Assembly (NCBI GenBank): GCA_031258545.1
Contig: JAIRMU010000001.1
Location: 1,717-65,716 of the forward strand
Direction of reading: 5' to 3'
DNA: 64,000 bases
From: Puniceicoccales bacterium
GTDB taxonomy: Bacteria; Verrucomicrobiota; Verrucomicrobiia; Opitutales; UBA9783
In this document: positions 47,120 through 57,822 of the stretch, in pieces
Layout: each line of letters opens with the position of its first letter
Position numbering within the stretch: position 1 is the first letter of the stretch
The notes under the pieces: generated by a model
The model's database searches: none
What the model was told of the DNA's origin: nothing
The model's input: only the letters and a program-made list of their open reading frames with translations
Program-made: the position numbers and the translations under genes

Positions 47120-48916
47120 CTAATGCATTGTGTCCGATTTTAGAATTTTAACAAAGGCATCTTGGGGGATGGCAACCTTACCAATTTGTTTCATACGTTT
47201 CTTCCCTTCTTTTTGCTTTTCCAATAACTTTCTTTTGCGGGTGATATCACCGCCGTAACATTTTGCCGTTACGTCCTTACGCAAAGCACTTAATGTTTCT
47301 CTCGCGATCACTTTCCCAAATATGGCCGCCTGAATGGGAACCCTAAACAACTGTTTCGGTAACAAGTCTTTCAATCGTTCGCACAATACACGTCCCTGTT
47401 GTTCGGCTTTGGAGCGGTGTACAATACTGGAAAATGCATCCACCGATTCGCCATGAACAAGAATATCCATTTTCACCAAATCCGAACGTACGTATTTGCC
47501 CAATTCGTAATCCATGGACCCGTATCCACGCGTAATGCTTTTTAAACGATCGTTAAAATCCAGTAAAATTTCATTCAGCGGTAACGAACATGTCAGCAAA
47601 ATTTTCCGTTCATCCAACGTCTCCGTGGCCAAACATTCACCCCGTTTTTCCATTACCAAACTCAAAACATCTCCAATACGATCGCTTGGAATATGCAAAA
47701 ATGCCCGAATCGTTGGCTCTTCGATGCATTGAATGCGGGAAGGATCGGGTAACCGCAGTGGATTATCAACCTCAATCCATGCGCCATCCGTCAAACAGAC
47801 CCTGTATACAACGCTCGGATAGGTTGCGATGATATCCAGATCGTATTCCCGACGCAATCGTTCTTGTACCACTTCCATGTGCAACAACCCCAGAAATCCA
47901 CAACGAAACCCAAATCCCAAAGCGGTTGAATTTTCAGATTGAAAAGTCAAAGCGGCATCATTCAACTGCAGGCGACTCAATCCTGCTTTCAGTCGTTCGT
48001 AGTCCTTCGTATCCAAGGGATACAGGCCGCTGAAAACCATAGGTTTTACCTCTCTGTACCCCGGCAGCGGTTCTTTGGCGGGCCTTTGAACGTGGGTTAA
48101 GGTATCCCCCATTTTGATTTCTGTCAGCGTTTTTATGTTCGTAATAACGTATCCGACGTCTCCGGCATTTAATTCGTCTTTTTTGTGCATTTCCGGCGTA
48201 AAAATGCCCACTTCTTTAATTTGCGTCTCCGTACCTTTGCGCATCATTACGATGTTTTGGCCCGCCTTTAAACTACCATTGAACACCCGAACATAACAGA
48301 TTAAGCCTTTGTAAGCATCGTAAATTGCATCAAACATCAACGCCTGCAAAAATGCTGTCATGTCGCCTTGGGGCGCAGGGATTTTTTTAGTAATAGCCTG
48401 CAAAAGCTCGCCGACACCTTCCCCCGTTTTTCCACTGACCAATAAAGCTTCATCGGCAGGCGTTGCCAAAATGTCTTCCAGCTGCTGCTTTACCTTTTTA
48501 ACATCGGCATTGGGCAGGTCAATCTTGTTGAGTACGGGGATAATCGTCAATCCGTTTTGTAATGCCAACTGCGCATTGGCAACCGTTTGTGCCTCGATGC
48601 CTTGGGATGCGTCTACCAACAGGAGGGCTCCCTCGCAGGCAGCCAAACTTCTCGATACTTCGTAGGAAAAATCAACGTGTCCAGGTGTATCAATGAGATT
48701 CAGTGTGTAGTCGTTGCCATTCAAATGATAATGCATGGTTACGGGATGACATTTGATGGTGATACCCTTTTCCTTCTCCAACTCCATTGAATCTAACAAT
48801 TGCTCCTGCATTTTACGCTTTTCAATCGTTTGGGTTTGCTCCAGTAAACGATCCGACAGTGTTGTTTTCCCGTGATCCACGTGCGCTATGATGCAAAAAT
48901 TACGTATCCGTTTCAT
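47120..48916 (-). CDS. lepA: elongation factor 4
   Basis: IRNFCIIAHVDHGKTTL, DTPGHVDF, NKID and the LepA-specific C-terminal domain, over 598 aa. Confidence 0.95.
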   Translation of the reverse strand: MKRIRNFCIIAHVDHGKTTLSDRLLEQTQTIEKRKMQEQLLDSMELEKEKGITIKCHPVTMHYHLNGNDYTLNLIDTPGHVDFSYEVSRSLAACEGALLLVDASQGIEAQTVANAQLALQNGLTIIPVLNKIDLPNADVKKVKQQLEDILATPADEALLVSGKTGEGVGELLQAITKKIPAPQGDMTAFLQALMFDAIYDAYKGLICYVRVFNGSLKAGQNIVMMRKGTETQIKEVGIFTPEMHKKDELNAGDVGYVITNIKTLTEIKMGDTLTHVQRPAKEPLPGYREVKPMVFSGLYPLDTKDYERLKAGLSRLQLNDAALTFQSENSTALGFGFRCGFLGLLHMEVVQERLRREYDLDIIATYPSVVYRVCLTDGAWIEVDNPLRLPDPSRIQCIEEPTIRAFLHIPSDRIGDVLSLVMEKRGECLATETLDERKILLTCSLPLNEILLDFNDRLKSITRGYGSMDYELGKYVRSDLVKMDILVHGESVDAFSSIVHRSKAEQQGRVLCERLKDLLPKQLFRVPIQAAIFGKVIARETLSALRKDVTAKCYGGDITRKRKLLEKQKEGKKRMKQIGKVAIPQDAFVKILKSDTMH

Positions 48917-48922
48917 ATAATT

Positions 48923-49840
48923 TCAACGGATTAGGGACGCAACATGCTCCCATTCGTTCAGCGGCGTTACCTGTAACATGCCGTCCGTCCGTTTAGCCAA
49001 TCCGGCCAAAACACTTCCGGGCCCACATTCCAAGCAATGTACGAAATGTTTGTTTGCCAACCAACGCAAACATGACTCCCATTGAACCGTGGAAGTAATT
49101 TGTTTTCCCAACGCTTGCTTAATTTGTTCGGGATCTTCTATGGCAGCCCCCGTTGTGTTTGTGAGCACCGTTATCACGGGTGGATTAAATGGAATGGGGG
49201 CTAATATTTTTTCAAAACTTTCCCTTGCGGGTTGCATCCACCGAGAATGGTAGGCGCCGGCAACTTTCAATGGTATTGCCAACTTGAACCCTAAGTCTTT
49301 TGCGCGTACTTGAGCTTTATTGAGTGCATCCAATGTTCCGGAAACAACAATTTGTCCCGGACAATTTAAATTCGCGATATCCAAATCCAAGGACCGACAT
49401 AACTGCTCGGCAGCCCCAACATTACCCCCAATTAAACTCAACATCCCTGTGGGGATCAAATCGCACGCTTCTTGCATGAGTCGTCCGCGTTCAGCTACCA
49501 AATACAATCCCGTTTTGAAATCGAACACTTCCGCCACCGCCAAGGCAGTCAATTCTCCCAAACTTAATCCGCAGGCGCAAGCAATGCCTTTTGCTAAGTA
49601 GTTTTTTTCTTTCAAACAAGCGAAAATAATGTACCCCAATACGTATAATGCAGGCTGACATACGCGTGTTTCCTTCAACAGATCTTCCGGCCCCCCAAAG
49701 CAAATTTTAGTTAACGAAAATGGCAAGCATTGATCCGCCAAATCAAAGTATTGACGTGCCAATGGACTCTGCTCATAGAAACTTCTTCCCATTCCGATGA
49801 CTTGTGAACCTTGGCCTGGGAATAACAACACTTGTGGCAT
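48923..49840 (-). CDS. fabD: malonyl-CoA-ACP transacylase
   Basis: FPGQGSQ, the active-site Ser in GLSLGEL, and AGAYHS. Confidence 0.9.
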   Translation of the reverse strand: MPQVLLFPGQGSQVIGMGRSFYEQSPLARQYFDLADQCLPFSLTKICFGGPEDLLKETRVCQPALYVLGYIIFACLKEKNYLAKGIACACGLSLGELTALAVAEVFDFKTGLYLVAERGRLMQEACDLIPTGMLSLIGGNVGAAEQLCRSLDLDIANLNCPGQIVVSGTLDALNKAQVRAKDLGFKLAIPLKVAGAYHSRWMQPARESFEKILAPIPFNPPVITVLTNTTGAAIEDPEQIKQALGKQITSTVQWESCLRWLANKHFVHCLECGPGSVLAGLAKRTDGMLQVTPLNEWEHVASLIR

Positions 49841-49931
49841 ACAAAACTTACTTCCTGGACACGTGCATCACTTGGCCAAGTTTTTCTAAAATAATATTCT
49901 CCACGGCAACCATTGGTAGCTCATCCCACGA

Positions 49932-51122
49932 CTATAAATGCACCAATCGTACCAAACCTTTTTCATACGCAACTTCTACCTCTCCCTGGATTAATGGAAG
50001 TGCATATTTTACAAAGGGATAATGAACCCACATTACGTTATCTGTCCAATCGGTTGGGAAAAATTTCAGTCCCGTGGTTAATTTATTCCAATCCACGAAA
50101 TCGACTTCAAAATCGTAGTGATCGCAGTCTTGACGTACAACAACGGCAGCCTTTCCATTGGCATCCGCGTGTATCAATTGTTGTACGGCAGAACGTCCGC
50201 ACGCGATGGCTTCCGCCTGATCTTGTTTAGAAATAAAGTGTGACAGAGTTTGCATCTGCAATTGACAGGAATTTATTTGTGCCGGTAACCCTAATTTATC
50301 TTGAATAAGCGTACTTAGGTAGTGAGCTGTACTTCCGGAGTACATGCTCAAATCGAGAAATTCGCCTTGGTCATTCACCAATTGATGATTGGCGACCATA
50401 CAGACGTAGCCGCACGCACCTATTTTTTCTTTGATTAATTCAATACACAGCGATTCGTTTAGCGGCTGCTCTGGTAGGCAAACTAAAAAAGGATTATCTG
50501 CATGGGCACCTTGCTTCCATTTGAGCAAAACGGTATTCAGGGCAACGCCGGCGGCTACCCAACCGTGCGTACCTCCAGAGACTTCGTAGATGCCTACACG
50601 CGCTCCCAAAGTATACAACCAATGATTAAACTCCGATACGTGGGCATTCAAACATTTCAAATAACTCCCATATCCCAGGCTGTGATCGGCCAGCGGTAAT
50701 TCATTGACATTGGATTGGGGAATTACAACTACCTGGAGATCATGATGAGCATTTTGGGCCGCTTCCGTCAAACAATGAATATAATTGAGGGCGCTTTGAT
50801 CGCAAATGCAAGCTATGTAACGGATTTCTTTGGATTGCAAATGCTGAACCATCTGATCTACGTCGCAATGTGTAAAATCAAATGTCATGGATTCGCTTTG
50901 CATGGAAAATCCTGCCGTTGATAAAAGCATTTTGGCCGTTTGCTGCGATAGGGCTGCCAAATCTAGAAAGTGACCTTTTTGCAATCCTGTAAATCCACCG
51001 TACACACCGTAAATCTCTTCGATGGATTCATAATTTAAAGCTTCCGAAAGAATGCCATACAGCGTTGCATTACCAACAACGCTTGCAATTCCCGATTGCA
51101 TGATCAATAAATTTCCTGTCAT
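49932..51122 (-). CDS. phosphofructokinase-fold protein with substituted catalytic motifs (probable non-catalytic paralogue)
   Basis: Colinear with PfkA, but SGGDAPGMN becomes QSGIASVVGN, GGDGS becomes ICDQS, PGTIDND becomes PQSNVNE and MGR becomes SGG. Confidence 0.65.
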   Translation of the reverse strand: MTGNLLIMQSGIASVVGNATLYGILSEALNYESIEEIYGVYGGFTGLQKGHFLDLAALSQQTAKMLLSTAGFSMQSESMTFDFTHCDVDQMVQHLQSKEIRYIACICDQSALNYIHCLTEAAQNAHHDLQVVVIPQSNVNELPLADHSLGYGSYLKCLNAHVSEFNHWLYTLGARVGIYEVSGGTHGWVAAGVALNTVLLKWKQGAHADNPFLVCLPEQPLNESLCIELIKEKIGACGYVCMVANHQLVNDQGEFLDLSMYSGSTAHYLSTLIQDKLGLPAQINSCQLQMQTLSHFISKQDQAEAIACGRSAVQQLIHADANGKAAVVVRQDCDHYDFEVDFVDWNKLTTGLKFFPTDWTDNVMWVHYPFVKYALPLIQGEVEVAYEKGLVRLVHL

Positions 51123-51330
51123 AAAAAGTCAATCTGGAGAAAGAATGTACGCGTTTCAACATGAAAATTGTATAAGTTTAAAGCCCATCGTGAGGTCAAT
51201 TTATTTTTTGCACGTTCCTCTGGATGTTTTTTTTGGGGCTGTCGCTCAATAAATATTCACTTTTTACTTGAAAAGTAGGTGTAAAACGTTTCAGCTAAAG
51301 GATGAATTTATTAGATATAAAACAAAAGAT

Positions 51331-51600
51331 ATGGTGATTACAGTAGAAACTAAACAATCGATTTTAAAGTCTTTTCAAAAACATGAGGGTGATACCGGGT
51401 CTTCCGAAGTTCAGATTGCTTTATTAACTCAACGCATTACAGATTTGACGGCGCATTTAAAATTACATACCAAAGACGCTCATTCGCGTCGTGGTCTTAT
51501 TGCTTTGGCGAATCGGAGACGCAAGTTGCTCGAATACTTAAAATCGAATGATTTTGAAAAATACCAAGACGTCATCAATCGTTTAGGACTACGTCACTAG
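51331..51600 (+). CDS. rpsO: 30S ribosomal protein S15
   Basis: 89 aa from the ATG at 51331: [37 protein letters not shown]. Classical rpsO-pnp context. Confidence 0.9.
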   Translation: MVITVETKQSILKSFQKHEGDTGSSEVQIALLTQRITDLTAHLKLHTKDAHSRRGLIALANRRRKLLEYLKSNDFEKYQDVINRLGLRH

Positions 51601-51636
51601 TAACCTTATTATCTTAATCTTACGAGTAGTAATTTT

Positions 51637-53766
51637 ATGCTGAAACAAAAGTATTTATCTAAAGTAAATGGGCTTGATTTGACTTTTTCAACGGGGTCCA
51701 TCGCGAAGTTAACGAATGGGGCGGTAACCGTTCAATCGGGACAAACGGTCGTTTTCGTGAGCACAACCATGGCTCCCGAAGTCAATGAAACTCAAACTTT
51801 TTTCCCTCTCATGGTGGATTATCGGGAAAAATTTTCTGCCGCCGGCCGTTTCCCCGGAGGATACGTTAAACGCGAAGGAAAGCCGACCGAAAAAGAAATT
51901 TTGACCTCACGTTTGTGCGATCGTCCCCTGCGTCCTTTATTCCCAAAAGATTTTTTCAATGAAGTGCAAATTATAGGTCTTTTATTGGCAGCCGATCTTA
52001 ACAATGAGCCCGACATACTCATGGTCAACGGCGCCTCGGCCGCCCTCATGTGTTCCAATATTCCTTGGAATGGGCCCATTGCTTGCGTACGCGTTGGGCA
52101 AATAAATGGTCAATTTGTTGTTAATCCAACGAATGATCAACAGTTTGAGTCCGATCTCGATCTTATTTATGTGGGAAATAAGGAAGATGCGCTCATGATA
52201 GAAGGTTGCGCGGATCAGTTGCCGGAAGAGCGTTTTATAGAAGCGCTTCACTTTGCACATGCGGCCATCCAACCTATCCTAGCGGCGCAGGAAGCATTGG
52301 CCCGCCAATGCAATCCTTCAAAATTATCCTACGAACCTCACTTCGCTGCAGATCATGTGGTCGATTTCTGTGAAAAAACACTCGGAGAACGCCTTAAAAA
52401 CATTTGGTACAAGACATCCAGGCAACACGTGCAGACGGAAATAAAAAAACTTAAAAAAGAACTTGTTGAAAGTGCCATCGCGTCGCAACTATTCACGGAT
52501 AAAATTTCGGCAAAAGATGCAATTGATACGGCCTTTGAAAAGTTACAGGAAAAGCTCTGTCGGGCTACTATCCTCGATGAATCGTTACGTTTAGATCATC
52601 GGCAGGCAGAAGAATTGAGAGGAATTTCTTGTGAGGTGGATGTTTTACCAAAAATTGTCCACGGTTCCGCTATTTTTGAACGTGGGGAAACCCAAGCACT
52701 CGTCAGTGCTACCCTAGGGTCCGGCCGCGATGCTCAGGATCTGGACGGATTAACGGGAGGTGCGCAATCGAAGTCATTCATTTTGCACTACAATTTCCCT
52801 CCTTATTCCGTGGGCGAAGTGGGTCGTTTTGGCTTTACCAATCGTCGAGAAATTGGCCATGGAGCGCTGGCGGAACGTTCTCTGCTGCCGATTATCCCCT
52901 CGGAATCGGCATTTCCATACTCCATCCGTTTAGTTTCCGATATTATGGGATCCAATGGTTCAACCTCCATGGCATCCGTCTGCGGAGGGACATTGGCACT
53001 CATGGATGCGGGTGTGCCTATTCTGGCCCCGGTGGCGGGAATTTCCGTAGGTCTTGTTACGCAATACAATGAGAATCATAAAATTGAACGTTACCGCCTG
53101 ATCACCGATATTTTAGGCGAAGAGGATCATTTTGGTGACATGGATTTTAAAATCTGCGGTACGGAAACGGGTATTACAGGTTTTCAGTTGGATCTAAAAA
53201 TTGCCGGTTTGCCACTCAACATTATGGCAGAGGCCATTCACCAAAATCGCAGGACGCGTCTACAAATTTTAGCCATCATGCGCGCAACGCTTCCCCAATC
53301 ACGCAGCAAAATTAGTCAGTACGCTCCCCATTTCCAGGATATTCGCATCAATCCAGAAAAGATTGGTGCACTCATTGGACCTGGAGGTAAAAACATTAAA
53401 CGTCTGACCGAGACGATGGGCTGTCAAATCGATATTTGCGAGGATAATTCCGGAGCGGTCCGTATTTACGCCAAAAGTGAAACATCGCTCAAACAGGTGG
53501 TTGATGAAATCAGCGGTTTGGACAAAAAGATTGAAGTGGGTAAGACCTATCAGGGTATTGTACGTACCATTAAAGATTTTGGTGTATTTGTTGAATGTTT
53601 ACCCGGACAAGAAGGTATGGTCCACGTTTCAGAACTTGCGGATTGCAAAGTACGTCATCCAAGCGATGTTTGCAGTGTTGGCGACACCATGGTTGTTGTT
53701 TGCTTAGGGATTGACGAACGCGGTAAGGTACGTTTAAGCAAAAAAGCGGCTTCCGCGCATCCGTAA
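51637..53766 (+). CDS. pnp: polyribonucleotide nucleotidyltransferase
   Basis: Two RNase PH domains, plus KH ([10 protein letters not shown]) and S1 ([14 protein letters not shown]) domains. Confidence 0.95.
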   Translation: MLKQKYLSKVNGLDLTFSTGSIAKLTNGAVTVQSGQTVVFVSTTMAPEVNETQTFFPLMVDYREKFSAAGRFPGGYVKREGKPTEKEILTSRLCDRPLRPLFPKDFFNEVQIIGLLLAADLNNEPDILMVNGASAALMCSNIPWNGPIACVRVGQINGQFVVNPTNDQQFESDLDLIYVGNKEDALMIEGCADQLPEERFIEALHFAHAAIQPILAAQEALARQCNPSKLSYEPHFAADHVVDFCEKTLGERLKNIWYKTSRQHVQTEIKKLKKELVESAIASQLFTDKISAKDAIDTAFEKLQEKLCRATILDESLRLDHRQAEELRGISCEVDVLPKIVHGSAIFERGETQALVSATLGSGRDAQDLDGLTGGAQSKSFILHYNFPPYSVGEVGRFGFTNRREIGHGALAERSLLPIIPSESAFPYSIRLVSDIMGSNGSTSMASVCGGTLALMDAGVPILAPVAGISVGLVTQYNENHKIERYRLITDILGEEDHFGDMDFKICGTETGITGFQLDLKIAGLPLNIMAEAIHQNRRTRLQILAIMRATLPQSRSKISQYAPHFQDIRINPEKIGALIGPGGKNIKRLTETMGCQIDICEDNSGAVRIYAKSETSLKQVVDEISGLDKKIEVGKTYQGIVRTIKDFGVFVECLPGQEGMVHVSELADCKVRHPSDVCSVGDTMVVVCLGIDERGKVRLSKKAASAHP

Positions 53767-53846
53767 ACATACCAAGTGTCCTATCTGCAAAATATCTTTT
53801 CAATGATTTGGGTTAACGATGATGTAAACGACGAGGAGAGGCTTTC

Positions 53847-54287
53847 TTGTTCAGAGCGGTTGTAATTATTGTATTTTTTCTACCCTATTGCGCGCATTGC
53901 GAATTATTTCGACTGCAAGCGGATGCACCGATTTACGGGTTTAATATGCCCATGTTTAATAAACGTGGAGAAAAAATCTGGCAATGCTTGGGCGAACGTG
54001 TTCAGTATATATCGGAAGCGAAAATAAAGATTGAGCAGATGTGTATAGAATGGTACCTCCCCGAGAATGTAAACACGGTAGATATGGTCATTCGTAGCCC
54101 TAAAGCCACCGTATCCTTGACGCAACATCGAGCCGATGGTCGTTCACTGTTGACCATTACAAATCCAGGATATACCGTTTTGGGTAACGATTGGACATGG
54201 GAAGAAAAGCAGCAGAATAAAAGCTTTGCCAAAGTTCTCATAAGAAAAAATGCACACGTCACATTTTACGATGATTTTAAGCCATGA
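53847..54287 (+). CDS. possible LptC-like protein
   Basis: N-terminal anchor, small beta-rich protein, and a position immediately upstream of the lptA-like gene and lptB with a 4-nt overlap. Sequence evidence alone is weak. Confidence 0.4.
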   Translation: MFRAVVIIVFFLPYCAHCELFRLQADAPIYGFNMPMFNKRGEKIWQCLGERVQYISEAKIKIEQMCIEWYLPENVNTVDMVIRSPKATVSLTQHRADGRSLLTITNPGYTVLGNDWTWEEKQQNKSFAKVLIRKNAHVTFYDDFKP

Positions 54288-54961
54288 AAATGCATTTTTT
54301 ACGTTCGTTTATTTCTATTAATCTACTTTTCTTACCCTATATTTACGGGCTTGAACGCACTTCTTCCACGATTATCACAAGCGATCAAATGGAGATGTTG
54401 AAAAAAACGTCTCACAATGAATTTCATTTTCTAGGCCAAGTAAAAATGGAAAGTAAAAATTTTTACGGCGAATGTGACGAATTATTTGTCTACTCTTTGT
54501 TAAGCCCACCACAAATAAGTTTACCACCCCACTACTGGAGATATCTCATGGGCATGTGTGGTCTTCACAAGCCGCTAAATCGAAATACTCTACCATGGAC
54601 ATATGTCAACGGAGATACCTTTTGCCCAATCCCTACGTCTGTTGGAGATGCATCTTCGCATAGGTCCATACCGACCATTGGCCAAATTCAAAAAATTATT
54701 GCCCACCGAAATGTTTTCCTGGAAACGGAAGATCCCGATACGAAAGAAATAAAACGGGCGCGATCCAATAAGGCGGTTATTTATCCCAATGAAGGCAAAA
54801 TGATTCTAACGGAAAATCCCGTTGTCCATTGTTCCCAACAGGGTACATTTATGGGAGAAAAAATCACATTTTTCAAATACTCTGAGCGTGTTATTGTTGA
54901 AAATAATCAACCGCAACAGCGTGCCACGGTTATTTTGTCAGAGGAAAATTTTGACCTATGA
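54284..54961 (+). CDS. LptA/OstA-like periplasmic LPS transport protein
   Basis: Signal-like N-terminus and OstA-type strands (ITSDQMEM...FLGQVKM; KAVIYPNEGKMILTENPVV..GEKITFF). Overlaps the lptB start. Confidence 0.55.
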   Translation: MKMHFLRSFISINLLFLPYIYGLERTSSTIITSDQMEMLKKTSHNEFHFLGQVKMESKNFYGECDELFVYSLLSPPQISLPPHYWRYLMGMCGLHKPLNRNTLPWTYVNGDTFCPIPTSVGDASSHRSIPTIGQIQKIIAHRNVFLETEDPDTKEIKRARSNKAVIYPNEGKMILTENPVVHCSQQGTFMGEKITFFKYSERVIVENNQPQQRATVILSEENFDL

Positions 54962-55692
54962 GTTCGGCGGTACATTTGATTTATACGGAAAATCTAGTTA
55001 AAGTTTACGCCGACCGCGAAGTTGTACGTGGCGTTAACATGCACGTCAAAGCGGGTGAAATCGTTGGCTTGTTGGGTCCCAATGGGGCAGGGAAAACAAC
55101 TTGTTTTTACATGATCGTCGGACTCGTTGCGGCCACAAGCGGTAAAGTTTGGTTTCATGGACAAGACATTACCCAACTTCCCATGTACAAAAGAGCCCGT
55201 TTGGGGATCGGCTATTTACCTCAAGAAGCCTCCGTCTTTCGCAAGTTGACCGTTGAAGAAAATATCAGAGCGATTTTAGAGACGCTTCCTTTGTCTAAAA
55301 GTGTCATTAAAAGTCGTTTGCAAGAAGCCCTAGAGGAACTTGATCTAACCAAGGTTGCCAAGCAAAAAGCATTTACGTTGAGCGGCGGAGAACGTCGTCG
55401 CTTGGAAATTACAAGAGCACTCGTCACAAATCCGCAATGCCTGCTTATGGATGAGCCTTTTAGTGGGGTGGATCCCATTAGCGTTCAAGAAGTGCAGCAA
55501 ATTATTCGCGATTTGAAATCGAAAAAAATGGGAATTCTCATTACGGATCACAATGTTCGCGAAACGTTGCGTGTTGTCGATCGCGCTTATCTACTGTACG
55601 ACGGGAAAATTTTATGCAGCGGAACTCGAGAAAATTTGGTGAACGATCCCCAGAGTCGAAAATTTTATCTGGGAGAACAATTTGAATCTTAA
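54958..55692 (+). CDS. lptB: LPS export ABC transporter ATP-binding protein
   Basis: Walker A GPNGAGKTT, signature LSGGERRR, Walker B LLMDEPF, and about 240 aa in length. Confidence 0.9.
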   Translation: MSSAVHLIYTENLVKVYADREVVRGVNMHVKAGEIVGLLGPNGAGKTTCFYMIVGLVAATSGKVWFHGQDITQLPMYKRARLGIGYLPQEASVFRKLTVEENIRAILETLPLSKSVIKSRLQEALEELDLTKVAKQKAFTLSGGERRRLEITRALVTNPQCLLMDEPFSGVDPISVQEVQQIIRDLKSKKMGILITDHNVRETLRVVDRAYLLYDGKILCSGTRENLVNDPQSRKFYLGEQFES

Positions 55693-55700
55693 GAGAAGGC

Positions 55701-56426
55701 ATGTTCACTTCCCAAGGAGCCAATTTATCCGATTTTGAATCTTCGTCGGGGTACAAATTTAAAAACTTAGTCCTGCTGCAGTCAGCCCTTACGCATCCTT
55801 CTTGCTTTCGCGAGGCACCTTGTCCATTTCCTTTTCAATTTCACTTTCAGCGACTTGAATTTCTGGGCGATTCCATTTTTAACGTTATTTTATCGCAGCA
55901 ACTGTTTCATTTGTTTCCCAGGAGTCGGGAAGGATTTTTGTCAAAAGCGCACAGTATTTTGGCTCGCGGAACATTTTTGGTGCGCATGGCCAAAAAATTA
56001 AATGTTGTTCAACATCTTCAAATGGCACCCGTAGAGAAAGTGTCCGATACGGTTTTAGCAGATACGGTGGAAGCGCTCATGGGGAGCATTTTTTTGGACG
56101 GAGGATTCGATCAAGTCAACGCATGTGTGCTTGCTTGGTTGGGAAATATAAAACAATACGTTTACCGCCAGTTAAAATCCCATAATCCCAAGGGGCAACT
56201 GCAGGAAAAATTGGGCAACCAATCGAAACAATTAACCTATGAACTCCTGCAAACACAAGGCCCTCCACATCAAGGTTTATTTAAAATTGGGTTATATCTG
56301 GGTGGAAAGTTGATCGCTGAGGCGGAAGGGAAAAGTAAAAAAGTGGCCGAAGAACAAGCTGCCCTGCTGGGATTAAAACAACTTGAATGCACCGAAAAGC
56401 TAATTCCTACAAACAACACTTCCTAG
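55701..56426 (+). CDS. rnc: ribonuclease III
   Basis: RNase III signature QRLEFLGDS and a C-terminal dsRBD (KGQLQE...GPPHQGLFKI...GKSKKVAEEQAA). Confidence 0.85.
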   Translation: MFTSQGANLSDFESSSGYKFKNLVLLQSALTHPSCFREAPCPFPFQFHFQRLEFLGDSIFNVILSQQLFHLFPRSREGFLSKAHSILARGTFLVRMAKKLNVVQHLQMAPVEKVSDTVLADTVEALMGSIFLDGGFDQVNACVLAWLGNIKQYVYRQLKSHNPKGQLQEKLGNQSKQLTYELLQTQGPPHQGLFKIGLYLGGKLIAEAEGKSKKVAEEQAALLGLKQLECTEKLIPTNNTS

Positions 56427-56472
56427 ATCTGACCTCTAGACGTGTACATTTGTGCCGTTTATTGTCGGACGT

Positions 56473-56931
56473 TTAAGTAATTTTTACCTTAAATACAGCC
56501 TTTTTAACCTGTTGCGGGTGATTACCAACATTTAAAGCAGGCATATGCGCATCCTGCGGGTAAAAAATAAGAAACATGGTTGCGTCAACCGTCAAAGTAT
56601 CCGTGTTGCCGTCTAAAAACACAATATCCTTTGCTTCATCGTACGTCGATTTAGGGTTTGTATAACCTATGTGCGCATATCCCATTTTTTCGACACCTTG
56701 AAGGACCATTTGAATGTCAATGTAACGACGATGGGCTTCCAATCTTTGCACGCTTTGGGTCGTATATGCATCGATGTTTACAAATAGATTATCCCCATCG
56801 ATTATGTGGTGGCCACACGCAAGTTTATTTAGGTCATTACTTTTTAAAAAATCAAACACACGCATAAAAGTTTTGTGCAAATCAAGATACGTTCCAAAGT
56901 TTTCAATTTTGTCAACAATCACAAAAAACAT
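56473..56931 (-). CDS. YhcH/YjgK/YiaL (EbgC-like, DUF386) family protein
   Basis: About 150 aa, with EAHRRYIDIQMVLQGVE and FLIFYPQDAHMP motifs typical of this cupin-like family. Confidence 0.7.
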   Translation of the reverse strand: MFFVIVDKIENFGTYLDLHKTFMRVFDFLKSNDLNKLACGHHIIDGDNLFVNIDAYTTQSVQRLEAHRRYIDIQMVLQGVEKMGYAHIGYTNPKSTYDEAKDIVFLDGNTDTLTVDATMFLIFYPQDAHMPALNVGNHPQQVKKAVFKVKIT

Positions 56932-57036
56932 CTTTATTCAAAAAAACGATCATCGGAAGTTTTTTTAATAAAAATTTTTCTCTAGGACATAACTTACTTC
57001 CACATAACTTTTTTTATGGGACTTAAATGCAAAAAG

Positions 57037-57052
57037 TGGCAAGAAATATGCT
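57037..57052 (+). promoter_or_regulatory. candidate sigma-54 (-24/-12) promoter
   Basis: TGGCAA-GAAAT-ATGCT with exact GG-to-GC spacing. It is intergenic and lies 27 nt upstream of the ATG at 57079. Confidence 0.4.
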
Positions 57053-57078
57053 ACTATAAATGCAAGTAAGTTATTTTT

Positions 57079-57438
57079 ATGAAAGTTGCTTGCCTAGAAC
57101 CAAAGTTAAGCCAATTTATACATTCTGTTCCAATTTCAGTGGCACCATGCGTCACCAAAGAAGCAAAGGGAACTGCAGAAAACGTATTAGGTACGACAAG
57201 TTCTCAGTTTCAATTCACGGAACCCGTTGCCCATTGTAATGCGAACCCACAAGCGGAGAACGCGAAGCAATGTGCTGATCAAGCTGTTAGGAGCCAAGCC
57301 GTTGTACAAGACACGACCCTGAATGCATGTGGGACTGTGCCGGCTGGGCAAGAGATCGGTTTGGCGTTCACGTTACTGCATGAAATGCGTCATAAATTAA
57401 CGGATGGATTCAAGGAATTGATGCGCCTCTCCATCTAA
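57079..57438 (+). CDS. hypothetical small protein with C-terminal HEXXH motif
   Basis: ORF only. FTLLHEMRHKL is at residues 98-108 of 119. There is no obvious SD. Confidence 0.35.
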   Translation: MKVACLEPKLSQFIHSVPISVAPCVTKEAKGTAENVLGTTSSQFQFTEPVAHCNANPQAENAKQCADQAVRSQAVVQDTTLNACGTVPAGQEIGLAFTLLHEMRHKLTDGFKELMRLSI

Positions 57439-57822
57439 ATCAAAACGTTAAGTGCATTCACCAGATATTTTTCGGTAGCATTCGTAGGATTTTTGTTCCT
57501 ATTTGCAGATTTGGAACAACAAAATAAATGTTGCATGTTGATCTTTCTGCTTAATTGATTGTAAAATACCATTGCCTACGGAGCTATCTTTACATTACAC
57601 TCATTATCTTATTTTGTGAAAACGATTTTGAATCAAACGTCTTTGGCGCTTGCAAGGGGCATTGCAAAATTAACACGCAGGACGGCTACCGCAAACGATC
57701 GCCTTTGGAATATGCTCAATGTTATGTTAATCCGTGCTTGCAGTTTGATGTTGCCGGAAGAACAAATATGTAAGCAGGGATACAAGTAGCACACGTTTTC
57801 CCAACCTTGGAATATTTAACGT

